Virus record (IMG/VR): IMGVR_UViG_3300037466_003234
Strand: one strand, 5' to 3'
DNA: 32,589 nt
Source of the DNA: a virus
Taxonomy: Duplodnaviria > Heunggongvirae > Uroviricota > Caudoviricetes
Position numbers and translations under genes: made by a program. The notes below the pieces were generated by a model. It saw only the letters and a list, made by a program, of their open reading frames with translations. It was not told the DNA's origin and made no database searches. Of the stretch, positions 1 to 8,517 are shown piece by piece. How positions within the stretch are numbered: the first letter of the stretch is position 1; each line of letters begins with the position of its first letter.

Positions 1-454
1 CGTAAATGTAACGATTATAATCGTGCCCATCCCATTTTGAGCCAGGGCAATTAGCCTTCTCTGGACGCATCCAGGCGTGAACGCTCACTAAACCCTTGGT
101 TCCGGTCTTTTGAGCGATAATATCAGCTGCCTTTTCGACTAAATTTGCGATCTCTACAATGGCTTTCTTTTCATCTTCCGAAGGAACGTGCATGACGCCC
201 CAAGAAGGGAGGAAAAGGGCTTCTTTAACAGTAAAGCGCTTGTTAATTCTGGACGAAGGATTGGTCCAATCAATCTCGTGGCTCTCAGGAAGCTCTACAG
301 GCTCAGAGGCAGGGTGCGGATCAGGGTTTCTGACTGGTGCTTCCATCAAAGGAAAGGACATGGTTGCAGCAAGGCCATCTTTGGAGTTAATTTGACCCTT
401 AATTAACCCAGTAACTAAGTCAGCTATTTTTTTCAATAAAGTGAAGTCAGCCAT
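1..454 (-). CDS. Peptidase M15-like (zinc D-Ala-D-Ala peptidase / endolysin-type) protein, 3'-partial
   Basis: Not in ORF track. ATG at 454 with AAGGA SD; open to the window edge: MADFTLLKKIADLVTG...INKRFTVKEALFLPSW...VSVHAWMRPEKANCPGSKWDGHDYNRYIY. The FTxxE and HAWxRP...YN pattern resembles Peptidase_M15_3; the catalytic SxH/D/H residues would lie outside the window. Confidence 0.6.
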   Translation of the reverse strand, partial: MADFTLLKKIADLVTGLIKGQINSKDGLAATMSFPLMEAPVRNPDPHPASEPVELPESHEIDWTNPSSRINKRFTVKEALFLPSWGVMHVPSEDEKKAIVEIANLVEKAADIIAQKTGTKGLVSVHAWMRPEKANCPGSKWDGHDYNRYIY

Positions 455-464
455 ATTTTCCTTA

Positions 465-494
465 TTGCCTTAAATCCTTATCTTGATATATCCT
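465..494 (+). promoter_or_regulatory. Putative promoter for the oxygenase operon (TTGCCT-N18-TATCCT; contains TGATATA at 484-490)
   Basis: AT-rich divergent intergenic region. The TATTTTC(C)TTATTGCCTTAAWTYCWTATCT block recurs at about 26614-26642. Confidence 0.45.
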
Positions 495-519
495 ATCTAT
501 AAGATTCGGGGAGAGCAAT

Positions 520-1335
520 ATGGAAGTAAAAGTTTGTAATCTAAGGGACAACAATTTCGATTCTGACTTCGTTAATTCCGTCATGAACACTGGCTTTGCT
601 GTTATTACGCACCACGGCATTGACCATGGTTTCATTAAGGAAACCCAAATGGCCTGGCGTCTTTTCTTTTTGAGTCATCCTGACCATAAGCTCTCGTTCA
701 TTAACGAGCAAGACCCGAATATGGGCTATAAGGGCATGAAGCAAGAGAAGGCCGTAGGAGCGTCTCAGGCGGATCTCAAGGAATTCTTTCACTGGAAGCC
801 AGGGCAGAAGATGCCAGCTGAAGTCTGGGCACTTACCCAGCACATGTTCTATCAGCTCGAAGACGTTGGCCAAAAGATCCTCTCCGTTCTCGATCTCCAT
901 GGCGATACCGATTATACAAAAGCTTGCTTTGAGAGCGACAACACTATTCTTCGCACTCTCTACTACCCAGCAATGGATTTTACGGCAGAGCAAGGCGCAG
1001 TCCGCGCCGCTGCCCATGAAGATATCAATTTCATCACGTTACTCGTGGCCGCAAGCTCTCCAGGCCTTCAAGTCTTAGATAAGAAAGGTGTTTGGTATGA
1101 TGTCCCTCATGAGGAAAACTCTATCGTGGTTAATATTGGCGACATGCTTCAGCTTGCTTCTAAGGGCATCTACAAATCTACCACTCATCGAGTGGTTAAC
1201 CCAGAGACAAGCGCTTCTGATCGCATATCCATGCCTCTCTTTGTCCATCCTCATGGGTCTACACTACTAGCGGACGGAATTACAGCTCAGCAATACCTAA
1301 ATCAACGTCTCGAAGAGATTTACTTAAGGAAATAA
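520..1335 (+). CDS. 2OG-Fe(II) oxygenase, isopenicillin N synthase/DIOX-like family
   Basis: DIOX_N-like GFAVITHHGI; LRTLYYP; HxD (AHEDINFITLL); NIGDML; distal His (TTHRV); RxS (RISMPLF). GGGGAG SD. Confidence 0.9.
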   Translation: MEVKVCNLRDNNFDSDFVNSVMNTGFAVITHHGIDHGFIKETQMAWRLFFLSHPDHKLSFINEQDPNMGYKGMKQEKAVGASQADLKEFFHWKPGQKMPAEVWALTQHMFYQLEDVGQKILSVLDLHGDTDYTKACFESDNTILRTLYYPAMDFTAEQGAVRAAAHEDINFITLLVAASSPGLQVLDKKGVWYDVPHEENSIVVNIGDMLQLASKGIYKSTTHRVVNPETSASDRISMPLFVHPHGSTLLADGITAQQYLNQRLEEIYLRK

Positions 1336-1336
1336 T

Positions 1337-1573
1337 ATGGAGCAAGGCGACGTTTTATTGTTAACCGATGGCAGAATGCTACAGATCGTTCAGATGGGGG
1401 ATAAAAAGTACGATCTCGCCTGCGTTCAATATATCGATCAAAGCGAACATTCCTTTGTACAGCTATACGAACTTGATGTGGCCCACAACTTGGGTCAGGG
1501 ACCGTCAGTTCTAAGCCACTTTTTTGGGCTTAATAGCCTCCACGTAAGGTTTAACAATCTAGCGAAAGTATGA
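1337..1573 (+). CDS. Hypothetical protein
   Basis: 78 aa, AAGGA SD, directly after the oxygenase stop; ATGA overlap with the next ORF. Confidence 0.7.
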   Translation: MEQGDVLLLTDGRMLQIVQMGDKKYDLACVQYIDQSEHSFVQLYELDVAHNLGQGPSVLSHFFGLNSLHVRFNNLAKV

Positions 1574-1737
1574 GCAGAACCAAGAAGGGCAAGAAACCTC
1601 CTGGCTGGGATTACTGGGGCAAAAGGCCTCTAGGATTCGGATCGTCTGGAACTAAGGGTAAAAGGACCGGAATTAAACGCGAACGCGCTCAGGCAAAGCA
1701 AGCCCTTGAGAAGGCTAAGAAAGACATCAAGGATTAG
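1570..1737 (+). CDS. Small basic protein, 55 aa (below ORF-track cutoff)
   Basis: ATGA-coupled to the upstream ORF; MSRTKKGKKPPGWDYWGKRPLGFGSSGTKGKRTGIKRERAQAKQALEKAKKDIKD*; next ATG starts 1 nt after its TAG. Confidence 0.75.
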   Translation: MSRTKKGKKPPGWDYWGKRPLGFGSSGTKGKRTGIKRERAQAKQALEKAKKDIKD

Positions 1738-1738
1738 T

Positions 1739-2065
1739 ATGAGCTTTAAGTACGACAAAGAACATTGGGATCTAACAATGGCCCGCAGGGAAGAATTTGA
1801 AAAGGCAGGCTATCAAGTGGCCCCCAATCCAGTAGAGGGTTATTTGGGATGGATGGAGGGCATGGTTCTCTGTAATTGCGGCGCTGGCTGCAGAGACACT
1901 GCCGCAGACAATGTTGCAAAGCTTATCGCCCTTGTTAGGGGTGTCCAAAGCGGCCTATCCATGGAAGCTTTGACCGAAATAGCGTTTAAAGACCCTGAAG
2001 AATTCGAAAGAAAGATCCACGACGAAGCGTGGGAAGAGGCAACTCGTCGTGCGACTAAGAGTTGA
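1739..2065 (+). CDS. Hypothetical protein with CNCGAGC motif
   Basis: Start moved from the track's 1706 TTG to ATG 1739 (MSFKYDKEH), which follows the 55-aa ORF stop and an AAGGA. Confidence 0.7.
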   Translation: MSFKYDKEHWDLTMARREEFEKAGYQVAPNPVEGYLGWMEGMVLCNCGAGCRDTAADNVAKLIALVRGVQSGLSMEALTEIAFKDPEEFERKIHDEAWEEATRRATKS

Positions 2066-2369
2066 TTTTGGCACTCACGGTGCTCGCAAGGAAATAACGT
2101 GGTGGAACTCTTTGGAGGATTTCCCTCCCTTTATTTCTTATAATGGTAAGAAATACGAGTTCTTAATGTACGATAGAGATCCGTCTGGACAGGTAGATTA
2201 CACCTTACTGTTTACCGAGATTCCGACCTATGACCCTAATTTTTATAGCGATATGCCCAGCTGGGAAACGTTATTTGGCACTAGGGGCAGTAGTTGCGAG
2301 TGTGGCGCTATTTACACTTCCTTTCCTTGGGATCATATGAGATACTGTAGCCTCTGGAGAAAATGGTAA
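2049..2369 (+). CDS. Hypothetical protein with C-terminal CECG...H...C zinc-finger-like motif
   Basis: GTG start after GGAAGAGG; fills the gap to the ligase. Confidence 0.65.
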   Translation: MRLRVDFGTHGARKEITWWNSLEDFPPFISYNGKKYEFLMYDRDPSGQVDYTLLFTEIPTYDPNFYSDMPSWETLFGTRGSSCECGAIYTSFPWDHMRYCSLWRKW

Positions 2370-2370
2370 T

Positions 2371-3528
2371 ATGATGCTTCCAACGCTATATAAGAAGACC
2401 TCGACCGGCGCTATCCAATACTGGAAAATCGCAGTCCATCAGATCGTTCCAGTCGCAGAATGTCCAGTTCCAGTCGGCGTTATTGTTACCGAACACGGTC
2501 AGTTAGGCACCGATAGTCCTCAGACAACTGAGGACACCATTTCAGAAGGTAAAAATATCGGTAAAAAGAATGAGACTACTGCTGTACGCCAGGCTGAGCT
2601 TGAAGCCCAAGCCAAGTGGGAGAAGCAGAAAAAGAAGGGTTATGTAGAATCGTTGGAAGCCGCTCAAAAGGGCGAAGTTGACGAGATCATCGAGGGCGGT
2701 ATCGTTCCCATGCTCGCCCAGAGCTTTGCTGATCACGGCCATAAGATCAAATATCCTTGTTATGCCCAACCAAAACTCGACGGCATTCGCTGTATCGCCA
2801 TCGTTAAAGATGGCAAATGCACGCTTTGGACACGCACTAGAAAACCAATCACAAGCGTTCCTCATATCGTTGAAGAGATCGAGCGCGTTTATGGCAAGCT
2901 CGACATTATTTTGGATGGTGAACTTTACAACCATAGCCTAAAGAAGGACTTTGAAAAGATCGTTTCGATGGTTCGCCAGGAAGAGCCTGCTGAAGGGTGT
3001 GAAATCGTCCAGTATCACATCTATGACGTTGTCACTGATCAAACTTTTGGTGATCGTTGGGAGAATTTCTTAAGTCGTCTTCCTACTCCAAATGAACCTC
3101 CGAAGTATTGCTTTATGGTAAGCACCGGAATGATTCATTCCGAAGATCAGGTCCAGACAGTTTTTGAAGCGTCTGTCAAAATGGGCTTTGAAGGACTCAT
3201 GCTTCGTAACAAAGATGCGAAGTACGTAAACAAACGCAGCTACGACCTTCAAAAAGTAAAGGAATTTGAAGATGCTGAATTTGACATCGTTGGAGTGGAA
3301 GAAGGTCGCGGAAAGCTTGCTGGAAAAGTCGGCTCTTTCGTTTGTGTTATGCCGAATGGGAAAACCTTCCTTGCCAAAATGGCAGGAGATACCGATCGTC
3401 TTCGCGAATACTTCGAAAACCCAAGCCTATGGCAAGGAAAACGACTCACAGTCAAGTATCAAGGTCTCACAGGAAAAGAGGGTGTGCCTCGCTTCCCAGT
3501 GGGAGTTGCGATACGTGATTACGAGTGA
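2371..3528 (+). CDS. lig: ATP-dependent DNA ligase with N-terminal WGR-like extension
   Basis: Motif I YAQPKLDGIRC; ILDGELY (III); QYHIYDV (IIIa); FEGLMLR (IV); LQKVK (V); RFPVGVAIRD (VI). Confidence 0.95.
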   Translation: MMLPTLYKKTSTGAIQYWKIAVHQIVPVAECPVPVGVIVTEHGQLGTDSPQTTEDTISEGKNIGKKNETTAVRQAELEAQAKWEKQKKKGYVESLEAAQKGEVDEIIEGGIVPMLAQSFADHGHKIKYPCYAQPKLDGIRCIAIVKDGKCTLWTRTRKPITSVPHIVEEIERVYGKLDIILDGELYNHSLKKDFEKIVSMVRQEEPAEGCEIVQYHIYDVVTDQTFGDRWENFLSRLPTPNEPPKYCFMVSTGMIHSEDQVQTVFEASVKMGFEGLMLRNKDAKYVNKRSYDLQKVKEFEDAEFDIVGVEEGRGKLAGKVGSFVCVMPNGKTFLAKMAGDTDRLREYFENPSLWQGKRLTVKYQGLTGKEGVPRFPVGVAIRDYE

Positions 3529-3839
3529 TCGTCGAGTCTATGGCAAGCAAGGTTCTTAATTCGGACCTTTTGTTCGAATAGGAACCTCTGTCTTGCACTG
3601 AAAGCTTCGCTATCGCCTTCGATACACTCGTGTTCGAGTAAGAAGTCGATGCATCGGATCGCCTTATAAAGATAGATCACAGAGACAAAGACTTCGTCGT
3701 CCAGAGCGTGACTCACAAGCTCTGCGAATGAAGAGGCGTAGTCCTCATCCTCTGTTAGTTCGACCTTGTCTTCCTTTGCTTTGGAGATGATCCCTTTCAG
3801 GACTTTTTCAACTTCATCACGATAAACAACGATCCGCAT
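3519..3839 (-). CDS. Hypothetical protein
   Basis: ATG 3839 (MRIVVYRDE) follows AGGAG; preferred over the track's GTG 3878. Tail-to-tail overlap with the ligase. Confidence 0.7.
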   Translation of the reverse strand: MRIVVYRDEVEKVLKGIISKAKEDKVELTEDEDYASSFAELVSHALDDEVFVSVIYLYKAIRCIDFLLEHECIEGDSEAFSARQRFLFEQKVRIKNLACHRLDDHS

Positions 3840-3905
3840 TTTACTCCTAAATACCTCAGCGACCGTCCAAATGGTCACTGCCCCAACAACTACTGGTTAA
3901 CACCA

Positions 3906-3934
3906 ATGGTAATGGCATTTTAAAGCATCGTCAA
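3906..3934 (-). promoter_or_regulatory. sigma70-type promoter TTGACG-N17-TACCAT
   Basis: Read directly on the minus strand upstream of the 3839 ORF. Confidence 0.55.
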
Positions 3935-3960
3935 CTAAAGTGATGCACGAATTAGGCTAA

Positions 3961-4719
3961 CTATCCTCGTTGCCTAGCAAATTCATCGTGCCCATGACCG
4001 ACGTAAGAAACGTGACCCTTTTTGAAGCCCCATCCCTTTGCGAGATATGTCAATGTGCAACGGCAATGCGGGTGTAGACCGAAGGCTGATGGAAAACTTT
4101 CGCCTCTCTTGTGATAACCCTGCTTAAGTTCCGAGAATCTCCAGACACGAGGAGTTCCGTCTGGATGAAGATGCAACTTCATACATTCTTTGCAAGTTGC
4201 ACCGTCTTTTACGACAACGAAAAAGACCAGAGGATCATCGTCACCTTGGCTGGCCGCTACCTTAGTGATGTCCATCATAGCTCCGACGTTACGGAACTTG
4301 GTGCTTTCGCTTTCGGCAATGGCCTTCATTTGAGACTTAGCTTTGCGAAGCTCGTCTTTGATCGCAGCGTCAATGTCGGACTGGGAGAGGGGTGTACCTT
4401 TAGCTTTAGCTTCTTTTACAAGACCGTCCACCTTTTCAACGACATTGGATTTGGTCTTACTCTTCAGGGAGTCGATGTAGCCATAGGCGCTGTCGAGCAT
4501 GCTTTTCAACGCGTCTTGTTCAAAAATGTTAGGCGAGCGGTTATTCATGGCCTCAAGAAATAGATTGGCCAGACTAACGCCGGTCTTGACGTTGAAAAAG
4601 ATGGTCTTTTTATGGCTGAGCTTAGGAACAGAGCCAAGGAACTGCACAGCGATCTTATCGAAAAGATCCTCTACAATTCTGCTTATGGCTTCTTTTCCGC
4701 CGCTGGAGATACCGTACAC
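3961..4719 (-). CDS. Phage head morphogenesis protein (Mu gpF / SPP1 gp7-like)
   Basis: C-terminal DGATCKECMKLH...GLHPHCRCTL motif; located downstream of portal. Confidence 0.85.
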   Translation of the reverse strand: MYGISSGGKEAISRIVEDLFDKIAVQFLGSVPKLSHKKTIFFNVKTGVSLANLFLEAMNNRSPNIFEQDALKSMLDSAYGYIDSLKSKTKSNVVEKVDGLVKEAKAKGTPLSQSDIDAAIKDELRKAKSQMKAIAESESTKFRNVGAMMDITKVAASQGDDDPLVFFVVVKDGATCKECMKLHLHPDGTPRVWRFSELKQGYHKRGESFPSAFGLHPHCRCTLTYLAKGWGFKKGHVSYVGHGHDEFARQRG

Positions 4720-4722
4720 GGT

Positions 4723-5355
4723 TTACTCCTTGGAGGTAATGCCTTCAATGTTTAGGATGTCAGAAATGCTCTTGGATGCAGTCGCTTCTTCTTTTTCCCA
4801 AGCGCTGAACACGTCTTTTAGGATCTCTTCCTGTTTGGTCAAGGCGCGTTTTGCGACAGGGTTCATGTTGGCTTGAGCCTGAGCGCTCATAGGCTTAGCG
4901 GCTGGCTTATTGAGGGCTTCGCCGATGATCTTAACAGCTTCTTGAGCCTTCTTGAGGTTGTAAGCGTCAATTTGGGATTGGCGGAATGACTTAATGCCGT
5001 CCAAGGACTTCTTAAGAGTCTTGTACTCATCAGAATCCTTTTCGGCCTTGCCAAGCATTTGCTCAAGCTGAGAGATGTGCTGATCAAGCTCAGAGCCCAT
5101 AGGGCCTTGCTCTTGTCCAGGCTGAGCTTGCTGCTCTTCGCCACCTTCCTGACCTTCTTCGCCAGGCTGACCTTGGCCTTGAGCCTGCATAGCTGCCTGC
5201 TCCATTGCCTGCTGCTGAGCTTGTTGCTCTTGAACTTGCTGGACCTGAGCCTGCTGCTGACCGGCTTGGAAACCCAAACGATACGCCGTATCTACCGCGC
5301 TCATATACTTGAGTTTGAGTTCTTGATACTTGAGTTTATAATCGACTTTAGACAT
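4723..5355 (-). CDS. Gln/Glu-rich low-complexity protein in the head module
   Basis: MSKVDYKLKY...QQQAQVQQVQEQQAQQQ; start overlaps the portal stop. Confidence 0.75.
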   Translation of the reverse strand: MSKVDYKLKYQELKLKYMSAVDTAYRLGFQAGQQQAQVQQVQEQQAQQQAMEQAAMQAQGQGQPGEEGQEGGEEQQAQPGQEQGPMGSELDQHISQLEQMLGKAEKDSDEYKTLKKSLDGIKSFRQSQIDAYNLKKAQEAVKIIGEALNKPAAKPMSAQAQANMNPVAKRALTKQEEILKDVFSAWEKEEATASKSISDILNIEGITSKE

Positions 5356-7210
5356 CGTCATCACCTTCTAGTAGGTCTTGGATTTCCATCTTGAGGAATT
5401 CCATCGCGTGAGGCTTAGGGGCAAACCAAGCCTGGAGGGCAGATGGATTTGCTTGGGCCATAAGTTGGAGGTATTGGAGGAAGAATGGATCGCGCTTGTA
5501 CTGAAGCATTGGGTCCACGATTGCCGATGGATCACCAAAAAAGCGTGACTTTAGCTCCGAAAGATTCATCATCTTGTCGGCAATAAGCTGCCAGCGCTCA
5601 TTGAATGGGAAGCTTCCGCCGAATGCGTCGCCAATAGGGTCTTTATCTACCTCTTTCAAGACCTGATCGTAGGTCATGTGGGTAGGCATGTCTTGCTGGA
5701 GGCGAGTGGACTCTTGTTCTTTGGATTGAGCGTCGAGGCCTGCTAGGCGGATCTCAACGATCTTGGCAAGGATAGGGTCAATGATTGGGAGGAGGCGCTG
5801 ATTGAGGAAAGTCTGGAACTTCTCGACGAGTGGGCGAAGGCCGGTATCGCGAGCAGCCGTTAATTTGAACTCATTGTTACTCTCAGACAACGTTTGAGAG
5901 TTCGTTCCACGGCTAAGATGAGCATACCCAGGCAACTCATCAGGAGAAATAGAGAAAGCAGAAAGGATATTTCTAGCAACCTGATCGTACATGAACTGAA
6001 AGTCAGAGTCTTGTGCGCCTTCATTGGTGGATACCCATTGAACTTGGTCATCCTTACCCATGCCGAAGATTGGAGTACGGAAGCTGTTAGAGACGTTGTT
6101 AATAGCTGCGTTAAATTGTAGCTTGATGCTCTCAAGCGTTGCCTGATCGACTTCGTCAGATTGAATGACGAGCATGCCCTTGGATGCGCGACCGTTTTGG
6201 AAATAGAGCTTTTTGTACGTGTCGATACTGATGTGAGTAGTAACGCTACTCACGCAAGTGTCGATCGGAGATACAGGATACCCATTATGCTCAATATCCG
6301 TGGACTCAAAGAGGTTAAATACGAGCATTTCCTTGTGGGTAAATGCTTGGCGAGGCACGCCCTCAATGACTTGGAGCCATGCATATTCATCTTGAAGGAG
6401 TCTTTCGAGGTCAATATCGACCTTCTCACCTTTAATGGATTGAAGAAGAGCGATAGCTTGAAGACGAATGCCGTTACCTGCTTCTTCGCCTTTGCGGACG
6501 GCCTTAACGATCGTGCCGGTGTCGGTTGGGCGGAAGCGGTGGAATGGATAGTTTCCGTCCGCGTCTGGAGTTCCAGATAGATCGTAAATAATTTCTGTGG
6601 AGAAACGACCGAAGGTAAGGCCGTTGCGGGTCGAAACGTCAAGGTAATCAGCGAAGGTCATCTTTTGATGCTCTTCGAGACCGTCGGTATGGCCGCAATT
6701 GAGAAGGATTTGTTCAAGGCGCTTAATGCGCTTAGTGACCTGATCGAGCTGGTCTGGATTCATGAGCTTTTCGTAAGCTTCAATGATCTTAACTTCGAGG
6801 CCGATGTCAAAACGGTCTTTACGGAGATGGCCAAAGAGGCTCATCATGTTGCCGCGAGCGCGAAGAATAGCTGCGACCAAGTGATCCTGAACGCGGATCA
6901 TCTTTAGGACTTCATCAGGAAGGAGCTTGCGCTTCGACTTATAGAGGCCTAGGTAATTGTCGGACGGAACTGGATTTTCGGTGAAAGCGAGGGCGGGGGC
7001 CTTCTTTTTAGAAGCCGTACCGGTCGCATTCTTAATGGCGAACATGAGGGATTCGCTATTGTCGTACTTCTCGTAGCTTGAGTCGGCTTTCTCCATCATA
7101 TCGCCAGCTTCTTGGCTTAGAGCGAATACTAGGTTCTTTTTGGACGAGCCATTTACGGACGCCGTAGCGTTTAGCACTGCTTCTGGGGTAGGGGTGTTGT
7201 TTTTGTCCAT
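5348..7210 (-). CDS. Portal protein
   Basis: 620 aa with portal-like segments (LTFGRFSTEIIYD, FHRFRPTD, NGYPVSPIDT, LYFQNG..SKGML, SAFSISPDELPG); lies between TerL and the gpF-like gene. Confidence 0.85.
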   Translation of the reverse strand: MDKNNTPTPEAVLNATASVNGSSKKNLVFALSQEAGDMMEKADSSYEKYDNSESLMFAIKNATGTASKKKAPALAFTENPVPSDNYLGLYKSKRKLLPDEVLKMIRVQDHLVAAILRARGNMMSLFGHLRKDRFDIGLEVKIIEAYEKLMNPDQLDQVTKRIKRLEQILLNCGHTDGLEEHQKMTFADYLDVSTRNGLTFGRFSTEIIYDLSGTPDADGNYPFHRFRPTDTGTIVKAVRKGEEAGNGIRLQAIALLQSIKGEKVDIDLERLLQDEYAWLQVIEGVPRQAFTHKEMLVFNLFESTDIEHNGYPVSPIDTCVSSVTTHISIDTYKKLYFQNGRASKGMLVIQSDEVDQATLESIKLQFNAAINNVSNSFRTPIFGMGKDDQVQWVSTNEGAQDSDFQFMYDQVARNILSAFSISPDELPGYAHLSRGTNSQTLSESNNEFKLTAARDTGLRPLVEKFQTFLNQRLLPIIDPILAKIVEIRLAGLDAQSKEQESTRLQQDMPTHMTYDQVLKEVDKDPIGDAFGGSFPFNERWQLIADKMMNLSELKSRFFGDPSAIVDPMLQYKRDPFFLQYLQLMAQANPSALQAWFAPKPHAMEFLKMEIQDLLEGDDDV

Positions 7211-7225
7211 AAGTTACCTAATCCG

Positions 7226-7245
7226 TATATATCATTGCCCTTATT
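7226..7245 (-). promoter_or_regulatory. AATAAGG-GC-AATGATATATA element upstream of portal
   Basis: Near-identical copy AATAAGGTTCAATGATATATA at 14124-14144 upstream of the sigma gene. Confidence 0.6.
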
Positions 7246-7621
7246 CGGCGGATGCGATGAAAACGGTAATAGAGTCAGTTGTGCTAGGATTTGCGATAAC
7301 CAAGGAATTAACGTCGCCACCCATAAGGAAGTGGCCAGGCTTGGTGGAGGTGTTAATTACGTATGGCTTAATGCTGATAGCGGAGCCATTGACGGTCAAA
7401 TTGGCCTGGAGGTCAGATTCCACGTAGAGGAACTTCTTTTGTGCGCCGGTAAATACGGTTGCAGAGCCGTTCGCTGGGATCGTTAAAACCTGGCTCGAAG
7501 GGTTGGAAACCTGGAGTCCGTCGATCTCGCGGGACCACTTAAAATTGCTCAAGGCAGGGCTATTGCTGCCCTTTGGATCCGAGTAACTACTTAAAAACAC
7601 TAGCAAATTCATGAATGCCAT
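7241..7621 (-). CDS. Beta-rich hypothetical protein, possibly virion structural
   Basis: 126 aa, GAGG SD, S/T/N/V-rich alternating beta pattern, immediately upstream of portal. Confidence 0.7.
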   Translation of the reverse strand: MAFMNLLVFLSSYSDPKGSNSPALSNFKWSREIDGLQVSNPSSQVLTIPANGSATVFTGAQKKFLYVESDLQANLTVNGSAISIKPYVINTSTKPGHFLMGGDVNSLVIANPSTTDSITVFIASAE

Positions 7622-7771
7622 GGAAAATTAAACCTCTTTTAGTATGCGCCTTCATTAAGATTAGGCCTAGAGAGGGAGGATTTTAGTCGGGCAGCTATTG
7701 AATTTTGTTGAATAATTAACATTACCCCCTCAAGCTGTCAGGGAACCTAAGTTGACTATCGAAGGAATCTG

Positions 7772-8074
7772 ATGGCCAAAGTGAGAACGTTGGGAGTGTG
7801 TGTTAAATGTGATGTGCCGGCCAAGGCGAAGGGCTTATGCACCCATCACTACCAGGAGTATTATAGAAAGACTGACAAGGCGCTGCGACAGAAAAGGGAA
7901 GAGCAGGAAAGAGCCTTACTTCCTACGCCATTTGAGGCAGAGCTACTGTTTTCGTCTAAGAAGACCGTTACTAGGCGCTGCAGGGAATGCCATAAGGTCT
8001 TGTCCAAGGATCGTTATTTTGAGTGTTATTCCTGTAATCCCGGCGGTAAGGATTGTTACGGACTCTATTGTTGA
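7772..8074 (+). CDS. Two-zinc-finger small protein
   Basis: AAGGA SD; CVKC...CTHH and CREC...CYSC motifs. Confidence 0.75.
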   Translation: MAKVRTLGVCVKCDVPAKAKGLCTHHYQEYYRKTDKALRQKREEQERALLPTPFEAELLFSSKKTVTRRCRECHKVLSKDRYFECYSCNPGGKDCYGLYC

Positions 8075-8099
8075 CAGTTAGCGGCTTATTTGCTAAATT
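8071..8099 (+). promoter_or_regulatory. Strong sigma70-type promoter TTGACA-N17-(TGc)TAAATT, leaderless
   Basis: Perfect -35 and extended -10; ATG 8106 lies 6 nt after the -10 and has no SD. Confidence 0.8.
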
Positions 8100-8105
8100 A
8101 ACGAT

Positions 8106-8306
8106 ATGCCTAGTTGTCCAATTTGCAAACATGCAGGTTTTCGACAGATAGAAAGTTGGTACCTGCCTTATTTTAAGTGTGATGTTTGCAAGACCGAGTG
8201 GGTTTCTGGTCCAGATGGCATGCCTTACATCGAGCGCATCCAAAATAAGGGTCAGATTCAGGAAATCATTACTGGCGATGGCTTTAGGAGATACAGTAAA
8301 GTATGA
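8106..8306 (+). CDS. Zinc-ribbon small protein
   Basis: CPIC...CDVC; directly under the promoter above. Confidence 0.75.
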   Translation: MPSCPICKHAGFRQIESWYLPYFKCDVCKTEWVSGPDGMPYIERIQNKGQIQEIITGDGFRRYSKV

Positions 8307-8443
8307 CTTGGAGAACTCCCATAGGCCTCATAATTGGATTCTCGATCCCACTTACGCTTTACGTAGTTTATTTGGAATGGGAGTACCGTAGATACATCCG
8401 AGAAATGCGTAAGAGGTTATTTCCAGACGAATATAAGAACTAG
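8303..8443 (+). CDS. 46-aa single-pass membrane peptide (not in ORF track)
   Basis: ATGA overlap with the 8106 ORF; MTWRTPIGLIIGFSIPLTLYVVYLEWEYRRYIREMRKRLFPDEYKN*. Confidence 0.7.
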   Translation: MTWRTPIGLIIGFSIPLTLYVVYLEWEYRRYIREMRKRLFPDEYKN

Positions 8444-8517
8444 AAGTTCTAGCGGGTGCCGCCCTTAATTGGGAATGATGAAGGTTAAACGGCGTCAACG
8501 TAGCAAGGCCCGCAGAC

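Noticed and set aside
159-406. Plus-strand ORFs 159-395 and 188-406
   Set aside because: They are antisense shadows of the minus-strand M15-like gene, which has an SD and recognisable motifs.
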